A DNA stretch of 64,000 bases from Deltaproteobacteria bacterium (GCA_026417175.1 JAOADT010000011.1:2214-66213), one strand, 5' to 3'; positions 50,340 through 59,805 are shown, counted from the stretch's first letter. Made by a program: numbers and translations. The notes: a model not told the origin generated them from the letters alone.

Positions 50340-52083
50340 ATATGTAAAACCTTACTGGATCAAGTTGTTGTTTGCGATGATATTTATGTCTCTAGTCTCT
50401 GCTTCAAATGGGCTTACTGCCTTTATCGTAAAACCAGTCTTGGATAAGATATTTTTTGAAAAGAATGCCAGTATGCTGTTTATCATACCATTCGGGATTA
50501 TACTTTTGTACATTGCCAAAGGCATATGTGATTACTTTCAAGGTTATCTTATGGGATATGTGGGACAGAGAGTGGTGACAGATATAAGAAATATACTTTT
50601 CAGGGCGGTACAGAGACAACCGCTTTCATTTTTTGACAAGACGCCAACAGGCATAAGCATCTCGAGGGTTATAAACGACGTTAACCTCATACAGAACACG
50701 GTTTCTGATACACTAACAGCTGTGCTAAAAGACGCTCTCACAGTTATTGCGCTCGTATTTGTTGTTTTTTATCGAGACTGGAAGCTTGCCATAATATCAT
50801 TCTTAATACTTCCTTTTGCTATATATCCAATAGTCAACTTCGGACGACGTTTAAGGAAAGTAAGTATTAAAACGCAGAAGTCCGTAGCGAGATTGACAGC
50901 TTTCCTTCATGAAAATATTACGGGACAAAGGATAATAAAGGCCTTTTGTATGGAACCATACGAGGAAAGACGATTTGAAGAAGAAAATGACAATCTTTTT
51001 CAAACTGTTATGAAGAGATACAGAATAAGAGCTCTTTCTTCTCCAATTATGGAGGCTCTTGGGGGTATTGCGGTTGCTGTAATAATATGGTATGGCGGAA
51101 ACCAAGTGATTTCTGGAAAGTCTACCCCTGGCAATTTCTTTTCTTTTATCGCTGCTTTGCTTATGCTTTATGAACCTATAAAAAGGCTAAACAAAGAGAA
51201 TCATAACATCCAACAGGGACTGGCAGCAACCCAGAGAGTTTTCGAGATTATAGACAGGGAACCCGAAATAAAAGAAAAAAGAGATGCAATAGATCTTAAG
51301 AATGTACAAGGGGATATCGAGTTTGTAAATGTCTCTTTCAAATACGAAGATAGATATGTTCTCAAAAATATAAATTTAAAAATAAGAAAAAAAGAGGTTG
51401 TTGCTATTGTTGGAGAAAGTGGCGTAGGCAAAACCACGCTTGTTAATCTTATACCTAGGTTCTACGATGTGACGGAAGGTTCCGTAAAGATTGACGGTAT
51501 AGATATACGAGATGTGAAGCTAAAGTCTTTAAGGGAAAATGTGGCTATAGTTACCCAAGATGTAATCCTCTTTAACGATTCCATTATAAATAACGTGACC
51601 TTTGGTCAAGAGATTGATCTTGAAAGAGTTAAATTGGCCATTTCTATGGCTCACGCAGATGAAGTGGTACGTAAGTTACCAAATGGGCTTCATACAAACA
51701 TCGGGGAGAAAGGAGTAAGATTGTCTGGGGGTGAGAAACAGAGAATTGCTATAGCAAGGGCCATATACAAGAACGCTCCAATTCTCATTCTCGATGAGGC
51801 AACCAGCTCTCTGGATTCTGCATCCGAACTTATGGTCCAGAAGGCGATCGAAAACCTAATCAGGGGAAGGACAACTATAATTATAGCTCATCGTCTATCC
51901 ACGATTATGGGGGCAGATAGAATAGTGGTTTTGGATAAAGGAAAGATAGTTCAAGAGGGAGACCATCAAACACTTGTCGAAGAAGAGGGTCCTTACAAGA
52001 GGCTTTTTGAATTGCAGTACAGAAAGAAACACAAAAAAGTTATTTCTTTTGAAAAGGCTTTAAAAAATGTGGAAAAGACTTAA
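50314..52083 (+). CDS. msbA: Lipid A export ABC transporter (MsbA-like)
   Basis: TM domain plus Walker A GESGVGKT, signature LSGGEKQR, ILDEATS, IAHRLST; located in the lpx operon. Confidence 0.92.
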   Translation: MGLYLRLLKYVKPYWIKLLFAMIFMSLVSASNGLTAFIVKPVLDKIFFEKNASMLFIIPFGIILLYIAKGICDYFQGYLMGYVGQRVVTDIRNILFRAVQRQPLSFFDKTPTGISISRVINDVNLIQNTVSDTLTAVLKDALTVIALVFVVFYRDWKLAIISFLILPFAIYPIVNFGRRLRKVSIKTQKSVARLTAFLHENITGQRIIKAFCMEPYEERRFEEENDNLFQTVMKRYRIRALSSPIMEALGGIAVAVIIWYGGNQVISGKSTPGNFFSFIAALLMLYEPIKRLNKENHNIQQGLAATQRVFEIIDREPEIKEKRDAIDLKNVQGDIEFVNVSFKYEDRYVLKNINLKIRKKEVVAIVGESGVGKTTLVNLIPRFYDVTEGSVKIDGIDIRDVKLKSLRENVAIVTQDVILFNDSIINNVTFGQEIDLERVKLAISMAHADEVVRKLPNGLHTNIGEKGVRLSGGEKQRIAIARAIYKNAPILILDEATSSLDSASELMVQKAIENLIRGRTTIIIAHRLSTIMGADRIVVLDKGKIVQEGDHQTLVEEEGPYKRLFELQYRKKHKKVISFEKALKNVEKT

Positions 52084-52728
52084 AACATTCCTCATGATTA
52101 CAATTTTTCCTCCTTTGGTATATCTCTTTCTTTGGTTTCTTAGAATCACATCCTGCGTTGTGCATATTAACAGGGAGTGCGCTCTTGAAGCATGGTCGAA
52201 AGGTAATCTCATAGTTTGTTTCTGGCATGGGAGACTTCTTATGATGCCTTTTGCTTATGAGAGAAAAAAAGGAAAAGTCATAATAAGTAGACACAGGGAC
52301 GGAGAGTTCATAGCCAGGGTAATGAGATACTTTAATCTAGCTTCTATTAGGGGATCGTACAGAAAAGGAGGGATAGGAACTTCAAGGGAGGTGTTAAGAA
52401 GTCTTAAGGAAGGATATGATATTGCTATTACGCCAGATGGTCCTAAAGGGCCTAGGTATTTGGTAAAGAAAGGGGTTTTGGAGATAGCGAGACTTTCTGG
52501 GAGACCTATAATTCCTGTTTCTTACAGTGCAAGTAAAAAAAAAGACTTAACTCTTGGGATGAATTTATCATTCCACTTCCTTTTTCCAAAATTTTTTTCG
52601 TCTGGGGTAATCCTATAATAGTTCAATCGGACGAAAAAGATGAAGAGATAGAAAAGAAAAGATTAGCCCTGGAGAAGGCTCTCATTGAACTTACAGAAAA
52701 AGCGGATGGTTTTGCATGTGGAAAATAG
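52067..52728 (+). CDS. DUF374 (LpxJ-like) acyltransferase, interrupted by a -1 frame change at A9 (52535-52543)
   Basis: Frame 0 has FWHGRL, ISRHRDGE, IRGS, TPDGPKGP and stops at 52618. The family-like C-terminus (RLNSWDEFIIPLPFSK..WGNPI..LEKAL) continues in the -1 frame to TAG 52728, overlapping the waaA start. The joined product is about 220 aa. Confidence 0.85.
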
Positions 52729-53963
52729 TTTACAGATTTTTTTCTTACTTGTTTCTTATTCCGGGAATTCTTTTTTTACACAGGAACGAAAAGACCAAAG
52801 GTACTATCAGAGAAAGACTAATACCACCTCAGAAATCTCAAACAGAAAATCAAACTGTATGGATTCATGCGGCATCAATAGGAGAAGCAATCATAGCGAT
52901 AGCCATAAAAGAGTTTCTTACATCTAAAAAGAAACTATCGTTTGTGGTCACCACAAACACGATTTACGCAAAAGATCTTCTCAAGAGAGAGCTTGGAGAA
53001 GAAGTTCAGATTTGCTATGCCCCACTTGATGTTAAGTTTTCTGTTAGATCCTTTATGAGAGGACACAATTTCAGAGCACTTTTATTAATTGAAACCGAAT
53101 TGTGGCCAAATATGATTTGGGAAGCAAAAAGAACTGGGGTCCCAGTTCTCATTTTAAACGGAAGGATTTCAGATAGAACATTTCCCATATACAGAAAGAT
53201 CTCTTTTTTCATGAAAGACGTGTTATCAAGTATAGACTTCGTACTTGCTCAATCAGAGTTACACGCCGAAAGATTCCGATATCTCGGGGTCAAGAAAGAT
53301 AGGATCCGGGTTATGGGAAATATAAAGTACCTTAGACGAATTGAGATTACAGATGATATGAAAGATAAGAAGAATATAGTCACCTTCGGAAGCGTAAGAT
53401 CTGGTGAAAAACGAACTGTTTTGGAAGTGATCGAGCAAGTTAAAGTAAACTATCCATATATTACTTTTTTTGTAGCTCCAAGGGAATTCTCGGTTATTTC
53501 GGAGCTAGCAAAATCACTGGGAGAACGTTTTCGTTTGGGTTATTTTTCTGCAATAAAAGAGAAAAGCCTTGATCCTTTGAATTTTGACGTGGTTATAGTT
53601 GACACGGTTGGAGATTTGCCACAAATCTACCGGAAAAGTCTTTTAGCCTTTGTGGGTGGAAGCCTTATTCCGCATGGAGGACATAATATTTTGGAGCCCT
53701 TGTTTTTTGGCACGCCCGTTCTGTTTGGTCCATATATAGAAAATTTTAAAGATTTGTCAGAAGATATTATGGCCAATGGTGCAGGAGCAATGGTAAAGGA
53801 TCAAGAAGAGCTAAGAAAGATGGTGGAAATGATCATCACTGATGACTCCTTAAGAAAGTCTATGGCTAATAATGGGTGGACTCTTATAAAGAAAAAAAAA
53901 GATGAGATAGAAAAAGAATTGGAAGTGATTTTTGAATTCATAAATAAGGGAGGAATGTTCTAG
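52716..53963 (+). CDS. waaA: 3-deoxy-D-manno-octulosonic acid transferase
   Basis: WIHAASIGE, PLD, ETELWPN, NGRIS, GNIKY, DTVGDL, FVGGSL..GGHNILEP. Confidence 0.95.
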   Translation: MWKIVYRFFSYLFLIPGILFLHRNEKTKGTIRERLIPPQKSQTENQTVWIHAASIGEAIIAIAIKEFLTSKKKLSFVVTTNTIYAKDLLKRELGEEVQICYAPLDVKFSVRSFMRGHNFRALLLIETELWPNMIWEAKRTGVPVLILNGRISDRTFPIYRKISFFMKDVLSSIDFVLAQSELHAERFRYLGVKKDRIRVMGNIKYLRRIEITDDMKDKKNIVTFGSVRSGEKRTVLEVIEQVKVNYPYITFFVAPREFSVISELAKSLGERFRLGYFSAIKEKSLDPLNFDVVIVDTVGDLPQIYRKSLLAFVGGSLIPHGGHNILEPLFFGTPVLFGPYIENFKDLSEDIMANGAGAMVKDQEELRKMVEMIITDDSLRKSMANNGWTLIKKKKDEIEKELEVIFEFINKGGMF

Positions 53964-53965
53964 AG

Positions 53966-54721
53966 ATGGAAGAGTTTTCTGAGCTTTTAAAGGTAATGGA
54001 AGTATTAAGGGGAGATAAAGGGTGTCCCTGGGACAAGAAACAGACACTTAAAGCATTTAAAACGTTTTTACTTGAAGAAGTGTATGAGCTGATCGAGGCA
54101 ATAGGAAATAACGATTCGGAATCTATAAAAGAAGAGTTGGGAGATATTCTGTTTCATATAGTATTCATGTCTCAGATATGTAAGGAAGAAAGGCGTTTTG
54201 AAATAAAAGACGTGATAAATTGCGCCCGGGAAAAAATGATTAGAAGACATCCACATGTTTTCGGAAATGAGCAACCACCGGTTTCTGTTCCCCAAAGGTG
54301 GGAGGAGATAAAAAGAAATGAAAAGAATAACTATTCTCTTTTATCCAACATCCCCAAAACCCTTCCCGCTCTTCTTAAGGCTTATGTGGTTACGAAAAGA
54401 GTATCAAGGGTGGGTTTTGATTGGAAGAACATAAATGATGTTTATCGTAAATTGGATGAAGAAATAAACGAGTTGAAGGAGGCTCAGAAATCGGGTAATA
54501 TTGAAAAAGTTAAGGAAGAGATCGGAGACATCCTTTTCACGATCGTGAACCTTTCGAGATTACAGGGAATAGACCCAGAGGATGCGCTTCGTGGAACTAT
54601 AGAGAAGTTTGTAAATAGATTCGAATATATACAAAATCGAACAGATATCGGAACAACAAATCTCGACGAAATGGACCGATTGTGGGAAGAAATAAAAAGT
54701 ATAGAAAAAAAGGGGGTATAA
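53966..54721 (+). CDS. mazG: Nucleoside triphosphate pyrophosphohydrolase MazG
   Basis: GCPWDKKQT, EEVYEL, EELGDILF, RRHPHVF, GFDW, EEIGDILF. Confidence 0.95.
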   Translation: MEEFSELLKVMEVLRGDKGCPWDKKQTLKAFKTFLLEEVYELIEAIGNNDSESIKEELGDILFHIVFMSQICKEERRFEIKDVINCAREKMIRRHPHVFGNEQPPVSVPQRWEEIKRNEKNNYSLLSNIPKTLPALLKAYVVTKRVSRVGFDWKNINDVYRKLDEEINELKEAQKSGNIEKVKEEIGDILFTIVNLSRLQGIDPEDALRGTIEKFVNRFEYIQNRTDIGTTNLDEMDRLWEEIKSIEKKGV

Positions 54722-54730
54722 CCCCCTTTT
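54705..54730. terminator. Bidirectional intrinsic terminator between convergent mazG and csp
   Basis: AAAAAAA-GGGGGT-ATA-ACCCCC-TTTT; GC stem flanked by A and T tracts. Confidence 0.75.
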
Positions 54731-54932
54731 ATTTTGCCTTTGTTACATTTGCTGCCTGAGGACCCTTTGGACCCTTAACAATATCGAACTCCACTTTTTC
54801 GCCCTGCTTTAAAGTTTTGAACCCGTCCTGTTTGATCGCAGAAAAATGGACAAAAACGTCTTCTCCATTTTCCTGTTCGATAAAACCATAACCCTTTGAA
54901 TCGTTGAACCACTTAACCTTACCTACTGGCAT
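54729..54932 (-). CDS. Cold-shock domain protein
   Basis: [34 protein letters not shown]; AAGGAG SD. Confidence 0.97.
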   Translation of the reverse strand: MPVGKVKWFNDSKGYGFIEQENGEDVFVHFSAIKQDGFKTLKQGEKVEFDIVKGPKGPQAANVTKAK

Positions 54933-54979
54933 ACTTCTTAACTCCTTTCAAGAAAATTAAAGCTGCGAAGCTTTGTGCT

Positions 54980-55008
54980 ATCTTATGATTATTTGGGTTG
55001 TATGTCAA
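54980..55008 (-). promoter_or_regulatory. Sigma70 promoter of the csp gene (TTGACA-17-TAAGAT)
   Basis: Plus-strand tgtcaa at 55003-55008 and atctta at 54980-54985; a hairpin AAAGCT-N4-AGCTTT (54959-54974) follows at the predicted 5' end of the mRNA. Confidence 0.65.
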
Positions 55009-55089
55009 GACAAATCTTTCTGTATTTAATTAGTCAGAGATTTAAGGTATAATCTATGGCCTTATAATACAGCGAAGTAGGAGGTGCTT

Positions 55090-56298
55090 TTGAAGAGCAT
55101 TGATGAGATCAATGAGAAAATAAAGAGTGGAAAAGTAGTGGTGGTTACTGCCGAAGAAATGGTTGAACTAGTGAAAGAAAAAGGAGTAAAAATGGCCTCT
55201 GAAATAGTAGATGTGGTCACAACTGGAACGTTCGGTCCCATGTGCAGTACAGGCATGTTCATTAACTTGGGACATTCAAGTCCAAGGATAAAAATTGGAG
55301 GAGGCAAATGTTTTCTAAATGAGGTTCCCGCTTATACAGGTCTTGCCGCAGTGGATATTTACATAGGAGCTACTGCACTGCCTGAAGAGGATCCCAGAAA
55401 CTCTGTGTATCCCGGCTCTTTTAAATATGGTGGCGGACATGTAATAGAAGATTTTGTAGCGGGTAAAAACATAAAACTCTTGGCTTACGCCTATGGGACT
55501 GATTGCTATCCAAGAAGAAAGATAGAAACATATATAAATCGAGAGAATGTGAATGAAGCTTATTTATATAATCCTAGGAATTGCTATCAGAATTATAATG
55601 TTGCAGTAAATCTTTCCAGCAGAATACTTTATACTTATATGGGCATTCTAAAGCCTAATCTACAGAACGCCAATTATTGCAGTGCTGGTCAACTTTCACC
55701 TTTGCTTAAAGATCCAAACTTCAGGACAATTGGAATAGGAACGAGGATATTTTTGGGAGGAGGGATAGGTTTTGTGGCGTGGCAAGGCACCCAGCATAAC
55801 CCGAATGTGCCTAGAACCGAAAGTGGTATACCCAGGATGCCTGCTGGAACTCTAGCAGTTATAGGTGACGCAAAAAAAATGAATCCGAGATACCTAAGAG
55901 GGGCAAGTTTTGTTGGTTATGGGGCGACAATCTTTGTGGGGGTGGGGGTACCTATTCCAGTTCTCGATGAAGAAGTTGCTTACTACGCGTCAAGAGGCGA
56001 TGATGAGCTTTTAGCGCAAGTTGTGGATTATGGTAATGATTATCCAGAAAATGTAAAACGGTCATTATGTGAGGTGACGTACGCTCAATTGAAATCGGGG
56101 ACTATAAAGGTGAACGGAAAAGAAGTGCCATGCTATCCAATATCGAGTTATTCTATGGCTGTAGAAATAGCTGAGACCCTAAAGGAGTGGATTAAAAGCG
56201 GATTATTTTATCTCACAAACCCAGTTGAATCGCTCCCTAAAGCAGGTTCCAATCTTAAGATCTGTGCTTTGGAGGATGGAAGAATTGATCCTATGTGA
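55090..56298 (+). CDS. DUF39 homocysteine biosynthesis protein (L-aspartate semialdehyde sulfurtransferase family)
   Basis: EINEKIKSGKVVVVTAEE, VDVVTTGTFGPMCS, YGGGHVIED, GTDCYPR, NPRNCYQNY, TIGIGTRIFLGG, GTQH; TTG start at 55090 after AGGAGG. Confidence 0.88.
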   Translation: MKSIDEINEKIKSGKVVVVTAEEMVELVKEKGVKMASEIVDVVTTGTFGPMCSTGMFINLGHSSPRIKIGGGKCFLNEVPAYTGLAAVDIYIGATALPEEDPRNSVYPGSFKYGGGHVIEDFVAGKNIKLLAYAYGTDCYPRRKIETYINRENVNEAYLYNPRNCYQNYNVAVNLSSRILYTYMGILKPNLQNANYCSAGQLSPLLKDPNFRTIGIGTRIFLGGGIGFVAWQGTQHNPNVPRTESGIPRMPAGTLAVIGDAKKMNPRYLRGASFVGYGATIFVGVGVPIPVLDEEVAYYASRGDDELLAQVVDYGNDYPENVKRSLCEVTYAQLKSGTIKVNGKEVPCYPISSYSMAVEIAETLKEWIKSGLFYLTNPVESLPKAGSNLKICALEDGRIDPM

Positions 56299-56306
56299 GG
56301 TGAGCC

Positions 56307-56960
56307 GTGAAATTATTTGAAGATTTCTACATCTATCCTTGGATGTCTTTTGAGGAGAATAATTGCAACACCATATTTATAGACGGAAATCCTCCAGTCA
56401 TCATAGATCCTGGTCACAGACACCTATTCAATCATGTTATAGAGGGCATGGCAAAAGACGGAAAGATCGCAGAAAATATAAAAGTTGTGATTGTTACGCA
56501 TGGTCATCCTGACCATATTGAGGCTTGTGAGCTATTTGGGCAGGACGTTGTGAAGGCTATAAGTTTTGAGGAATATAAATACATTCGAGGAGATGGGAGA
56601 GAACTTTTTTTAGCTTCTGGATCTGAGCCACCCAAAAATGACTGGAAAATTTTTCTTAAAGAAGGAAATTTAAAGATCGGCGATAAGACTTTTAAAATAA
56701 TAAATACTCCGGGTCATTCACCTGGTTCCATATGTCTATACTGGGAGGAAAGACGTCTTCTCATTTCCGGAGACACTGTATTTTACATGGGTGTGGGAAG
56801 ATTCGATTTGCCGGGTGGTGAAGAGGAGCGATTAAAACAGAGCGTTAAAAAACTTGCAAAACTCGACATAGAATACCTTGTACCTGGTCACGGAGAAATT
56901 CTTGCCGGTTCTAGAGTGATAAAGAAAAACTTCCAAGTGATACTTGATGAATTTTTCTAA
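56307..56960 (+). CDS. Metallo-beta-lactamase-fold hydrolase (glyoxalase II-like)
   Basis: THGHPDH, TPGHSPGS, SGDTVF..GVGRFDLPGG, PGHG. Confidence 0.9.
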   Translation: MKLFEDFYIYPWMSFEENNCNTIFIDGNPPVIIDPGHRHLFNHVIEGMAKDGKIAENIKVVIVTHGHPDHIEACELFGQDVVKAISFEEYKYIRGDGRELFLASGSEPPKNDWKIFLKEGNLKIGDKTFKIINTPGHSPGSICLYWEERRLLISGDTVFYMGVGRFDLPGGEEERLKQSVKKLAKLDIEYLVPGHGEILAGSRVIKKNFQVILDEFF

Positions 56961-56999
56961 GTGATTATAATATGATTCAGAAAAAAGGGAGGTTAGTTT

Positions 57000-57857
57000 A
57001 TGAATCACTTTAAAACATTTATCCTAATGATGGCGCTTACCATCTTATTCGTTTTCGTTGGAAGTTTAATTGGAGGTAAAGATGGTGCCTACATAGCTTT
57101 CGGTATAGCCCTTCTTATGAATCTCATAAGTTACTGGTTTTCTGACAGGATAGTCTTGGCAATGTATGGAGCAAAAGAGGTCTCTGAAAGGGAGGCACCA
57201 GAGCTTTACAGGATGGTATACAATCTTTCCCAGAAAGCGGGAATACCTGTTCCGAGGGTTTACATAATAGAGAACGATAGCCCCAATGCCTTTGCTACCG
57301 GAAGAAACCCAGCAAATGGAGTTGTAGCTGTCACAACAGGCATACTAAGACTCCTTGGAAGAGACGAGCTGGAAGGCGTTTTAGCGCATGAAATATCCCA
57401 TATAAAACACAGAGACATACTAGTTCAGACAATAGCGGCAACACTTGCCGGGGCAATAACTATGCTTGCAAATTTTGCCCGTTTCGCAGCTTTTTTTGGT
57501 GGAAGATCTTCAGAAGACGAGGAAGGTGGTGGTGGAAACATTATTGCCCTCATAATATTTTCGATGATAGCAGCGTTTGCAGCCATGCTCATACAGCTTG
57601 CCATATCAAGGTCAAGGGAATATCTTGCCGATGAAGGAGGGGCTAGACTTTGTGGAAATCCCCTTTACTTGGCTTCTGCATTAAGGAAACTCGCATTAGG
57701 GGTGGCCAGGGTTCCTATGGTACAGGCAAACCCCTCAACAGCTCCCATGTTTATCGTGAATCCTCTTAGAGGTGAAGGTGTACTTTCACTATTCAGCACT
57801 CACCCCCCTATTGAAGAGAGAATAAGACGCCTGGAGGCAATGGCATATCTCAGATAG
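57000..57857 (+). CDS. htpX: Zinc metalloprotease HtpX
   Basis: [13 protein letters not shown] zinc motif, [20 protein letters not shown]; GGGAGG SD. Confidence 0.96.
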   Translation: MNHFKTFILMMALTILFVFVGSLIGGKDGAYIAFGIALLMNLISYWFSDRIVLAMYGAKEVSEREAPELYRMVYNLSQKAGIPVPRVYIIENDSPNAFATGRNPANGVVAVTTGILRLLGRDELEGVLAHEISHIKHRDILVQTIAATLAGAITMLANFARFAAFFGGRSSEDEEGGGGNIIALIIFSMIAAFAAMLIQLAISRSREYLADEGGARLCGNPLYLASALRKLALGVARVPMVQANPSTAPMFIVNPLRGEGVLSLFSTHPPIEERIRRLEAMAYLR

Positions 57858-57921
57858 TCCTGACTTTATACCTAGAGACTCAATAATCGATTTACTGGAG
57901 AAGATTGATTCAGGGGCTTTA

Positions 57922-59112
57922 GTGGATGAAGCCCTGAATTTTTATTTCTCCAGTTCCAAAATAGATGAGTCCAGAAAGCCTATAATTTACGAAATAGTTG
58001 CGGGTGTAGTAAGGTGGAAGCTTTACCTTGAGTGGTTATTATCCCATCACATAAGAAAGAAAGTAAAAAAAAAGATAGAAAATTTACTGAAGTTAACCCT
58101 CTATCAAGTAGAGTTTATGAAGAAACCTGCGTATCATGTAGTACATGAGGCTGTTTCATTTGCGAAATCGCGGTGGGGAGAAGAAATTGGTGGATTTGTC
58201 AACGCTGTCTTAAGGAATCACATGAGGTTCAGAAAGAACTATAGTCCACCGGATTTATCAGTTAAGTATTCATTCCCCACATGGCTAGTAAAAAGATGGC
58301 AAAAGAGGTTTGGAGATGAAGTAGAGCACCTACTTTCTCATCTTAATTCCCCCTCTTTATTTGGCGTAAGGGTGAACCCTAAAAAGATTAGTAGTGACGA
58401 AGTTATAAAATACTTTGAAAACGTAGGTATTCAAGTTCAGAAAGGCAGATACTTAGAATATGCTTTATACGTAAATAAGCTCACACCAGTTCTCAAAAGC
58501 GATCTCTTCAAGCTCCAGTTAATATACATTCAAGATGAAGCTTCACAGTTAGTTTCTGAAGCCTTGGAAGTAAAGGAGGGCGGGAAAGTTCTCGATGCTT
58601 GTTGTGGATATGGAACCAAAACTAGTCATATTCTTGATATGTATGCGGAGAAATGTAAAGTGATTGCCCTTGATAAGTCAGGAAGAAAAGTTAAGAAGGT
58701 TTCTCCTCAGGCTTTGAGGGTGATTGGAGACATCTTTAGTATCCCGTTCAAAAAGGATTCTTTTGACACAATTCTCCTTGACGCCCCCTGTTCATCACTG
58801 GGTATAATTCAAAAACACCCGGAGATCAAGTGGCGTATCTCAGAATCTGACATAGAAAGATTTTCAGAGATTCAGGTCTCCCTTTTAAAAAAGTTGTGGG
58901 AAACTTTAAAGCCTGGAGGCACCTTAATATACAGTGTTTGTTCTTTTGAACCCGAAGAGACAGAACGCGTAATTACTGAATTGATCAACACAGAAGAAGT
59001 TTTGGTAGAAAAGGTGTTTCCCTTTGTAGAAGGTAGTTTTTTTATCTCAATCCCACACAGAACAGGAATGGATGGATTCTTCATAGCAAAGATGAAAAAG
59101 GCGAGAAAGTGA
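57922..59112 (+). CDS. rsmB: 16S rRNA m5C967 methyltransferase RsmB/Sun (true start probably further upstream)
   Basis: NusB-like N-terminal domain (GFVNAVLR), YSFPTWL, IQDEAS, DAPCS..G...HPEIKWR, YSVCS...EE, DGFF. Confidence 0.9.
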   Translation: MDEALNFYFSSSKIDESRKPIIYEIVAGVVRWKLYLEWLLSHHIRKKVKKKIENLLKLTLYQVEFMKKPAYHVVHEAVSFAKSRWGEEIGGFVNAVLRNHMRFRKNYSPPDLSVKYSFPTWLVKRWQKRFGDEVEHLLSHLNSPSLFGVRVNPKKISSDEVIKYFENVGIQVQKGRYLEYALYVNKLTPVLKSDLFKLQLIYIQDEASQLVSEALEVKEGGKVLDACCGYGTKTSHILDMYAEKCKVIALDKSGRKVKKVSPQALRVIGDIFSIPFKKDSFDTILLDAPCSSLGIIQKHPEIKWRISESDIERFSEIQVSLLKKLWETLKPGGTLIYSVCSFEPEETERVITELINTEEVLVEKVFPFVEGSFFISIPHRTGMDGFFIAKMKKARK

Positions 59113-59804
59113 AAAAACTTTTTTACGTACTAGTAATGTTCATTACCTTTATATTTTCTATGTACCTGACAATGGGTTTTTTACTAAAAACTGAGAAAAC
59201 TATCCTGTGTCCAGACATAAGGGGATTAACATTACCTGAAGCGGAATTGATTCTTAAAAAGTGCGGACTTGAACTTCAAATACTAAGACAAGAGAAAAGG
59301 AGTGATGTTGCAAAAGGGGTGATTGTTAGGCAAAGACCAGAAGGAAATGTCCCCGTCAAAAAAGGTAGAAGGGTGTACGTTACAGTTTCCGCTGGCCCGG
59401 ACCTTGTGATCGTTCCAAACGTAAAAGGTCTTACAGTGGAGACAGCATATGCAGTGGTTTCTGAAAAGAAGATAAAGATAAAAGAAAAAATTCTCGTCCC
59501 AAGTAAGTATGATGGTAAAGTCCTGGCTCAAATACCAAAAGAGAGTGAGAAAATACTTGAAGGAGAAGGGATAGTGGTGATTGTAGGTAGAAAACCTGAA
59601 AAATACTTTGTAATGCCAGAGATAAGCAATTGGGACTTCAAAGAACTTATAGAAGAATTAGAATCGAAAGAAATTAGCTACAAAATAACGTACGAGAAAA
59701 ATGAAAACCCAGGATGGCTAAACAGAATAACGGTTGATAAGAAACCGGGTACCATTTTCCGATCGAGCGAGACAGTATCAATTAACGTTTTTATTGGAGG
59801 TTAA
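59109..59804 (+). CDS. Membrane-anchored PASTA-domain protein (no kinase or PBP domain)
   Basis: N-terminal TM; repeats of PD.RGL/PNVKGL/MPE and Q.P motifs (GVIVRQRP, GKVLAQIP). Confidence 0.8.
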   Translation: MKKLFYVLVMFITFIFSMYLTMGFLLKTEKTILCPDIRGLTLPEAELILKKCGLELQILRQEKRSDVAKGVIVRQRPEGNVPVKKGRRVYVTVSAGPDLVIVPNVKGLTVETAYAVVSEKKIKIKEKILVPSKYDGKVLAQIPKESEKILEGEGIVVIVGRKPEKYFVMPEISNWDFKELIEELESKEISYKITYEKNENPGWLNRITVDKKPGTIFRSSETVSINVFIGG

Positions 59805-59805
59805 A

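Noticed and set aside
52685-52927. 80-aa ORF at the DUF374/waaA junction
   Set aside because: It is out of frame with both the DUF374 C-terminus and waaA and has no recognisable features.
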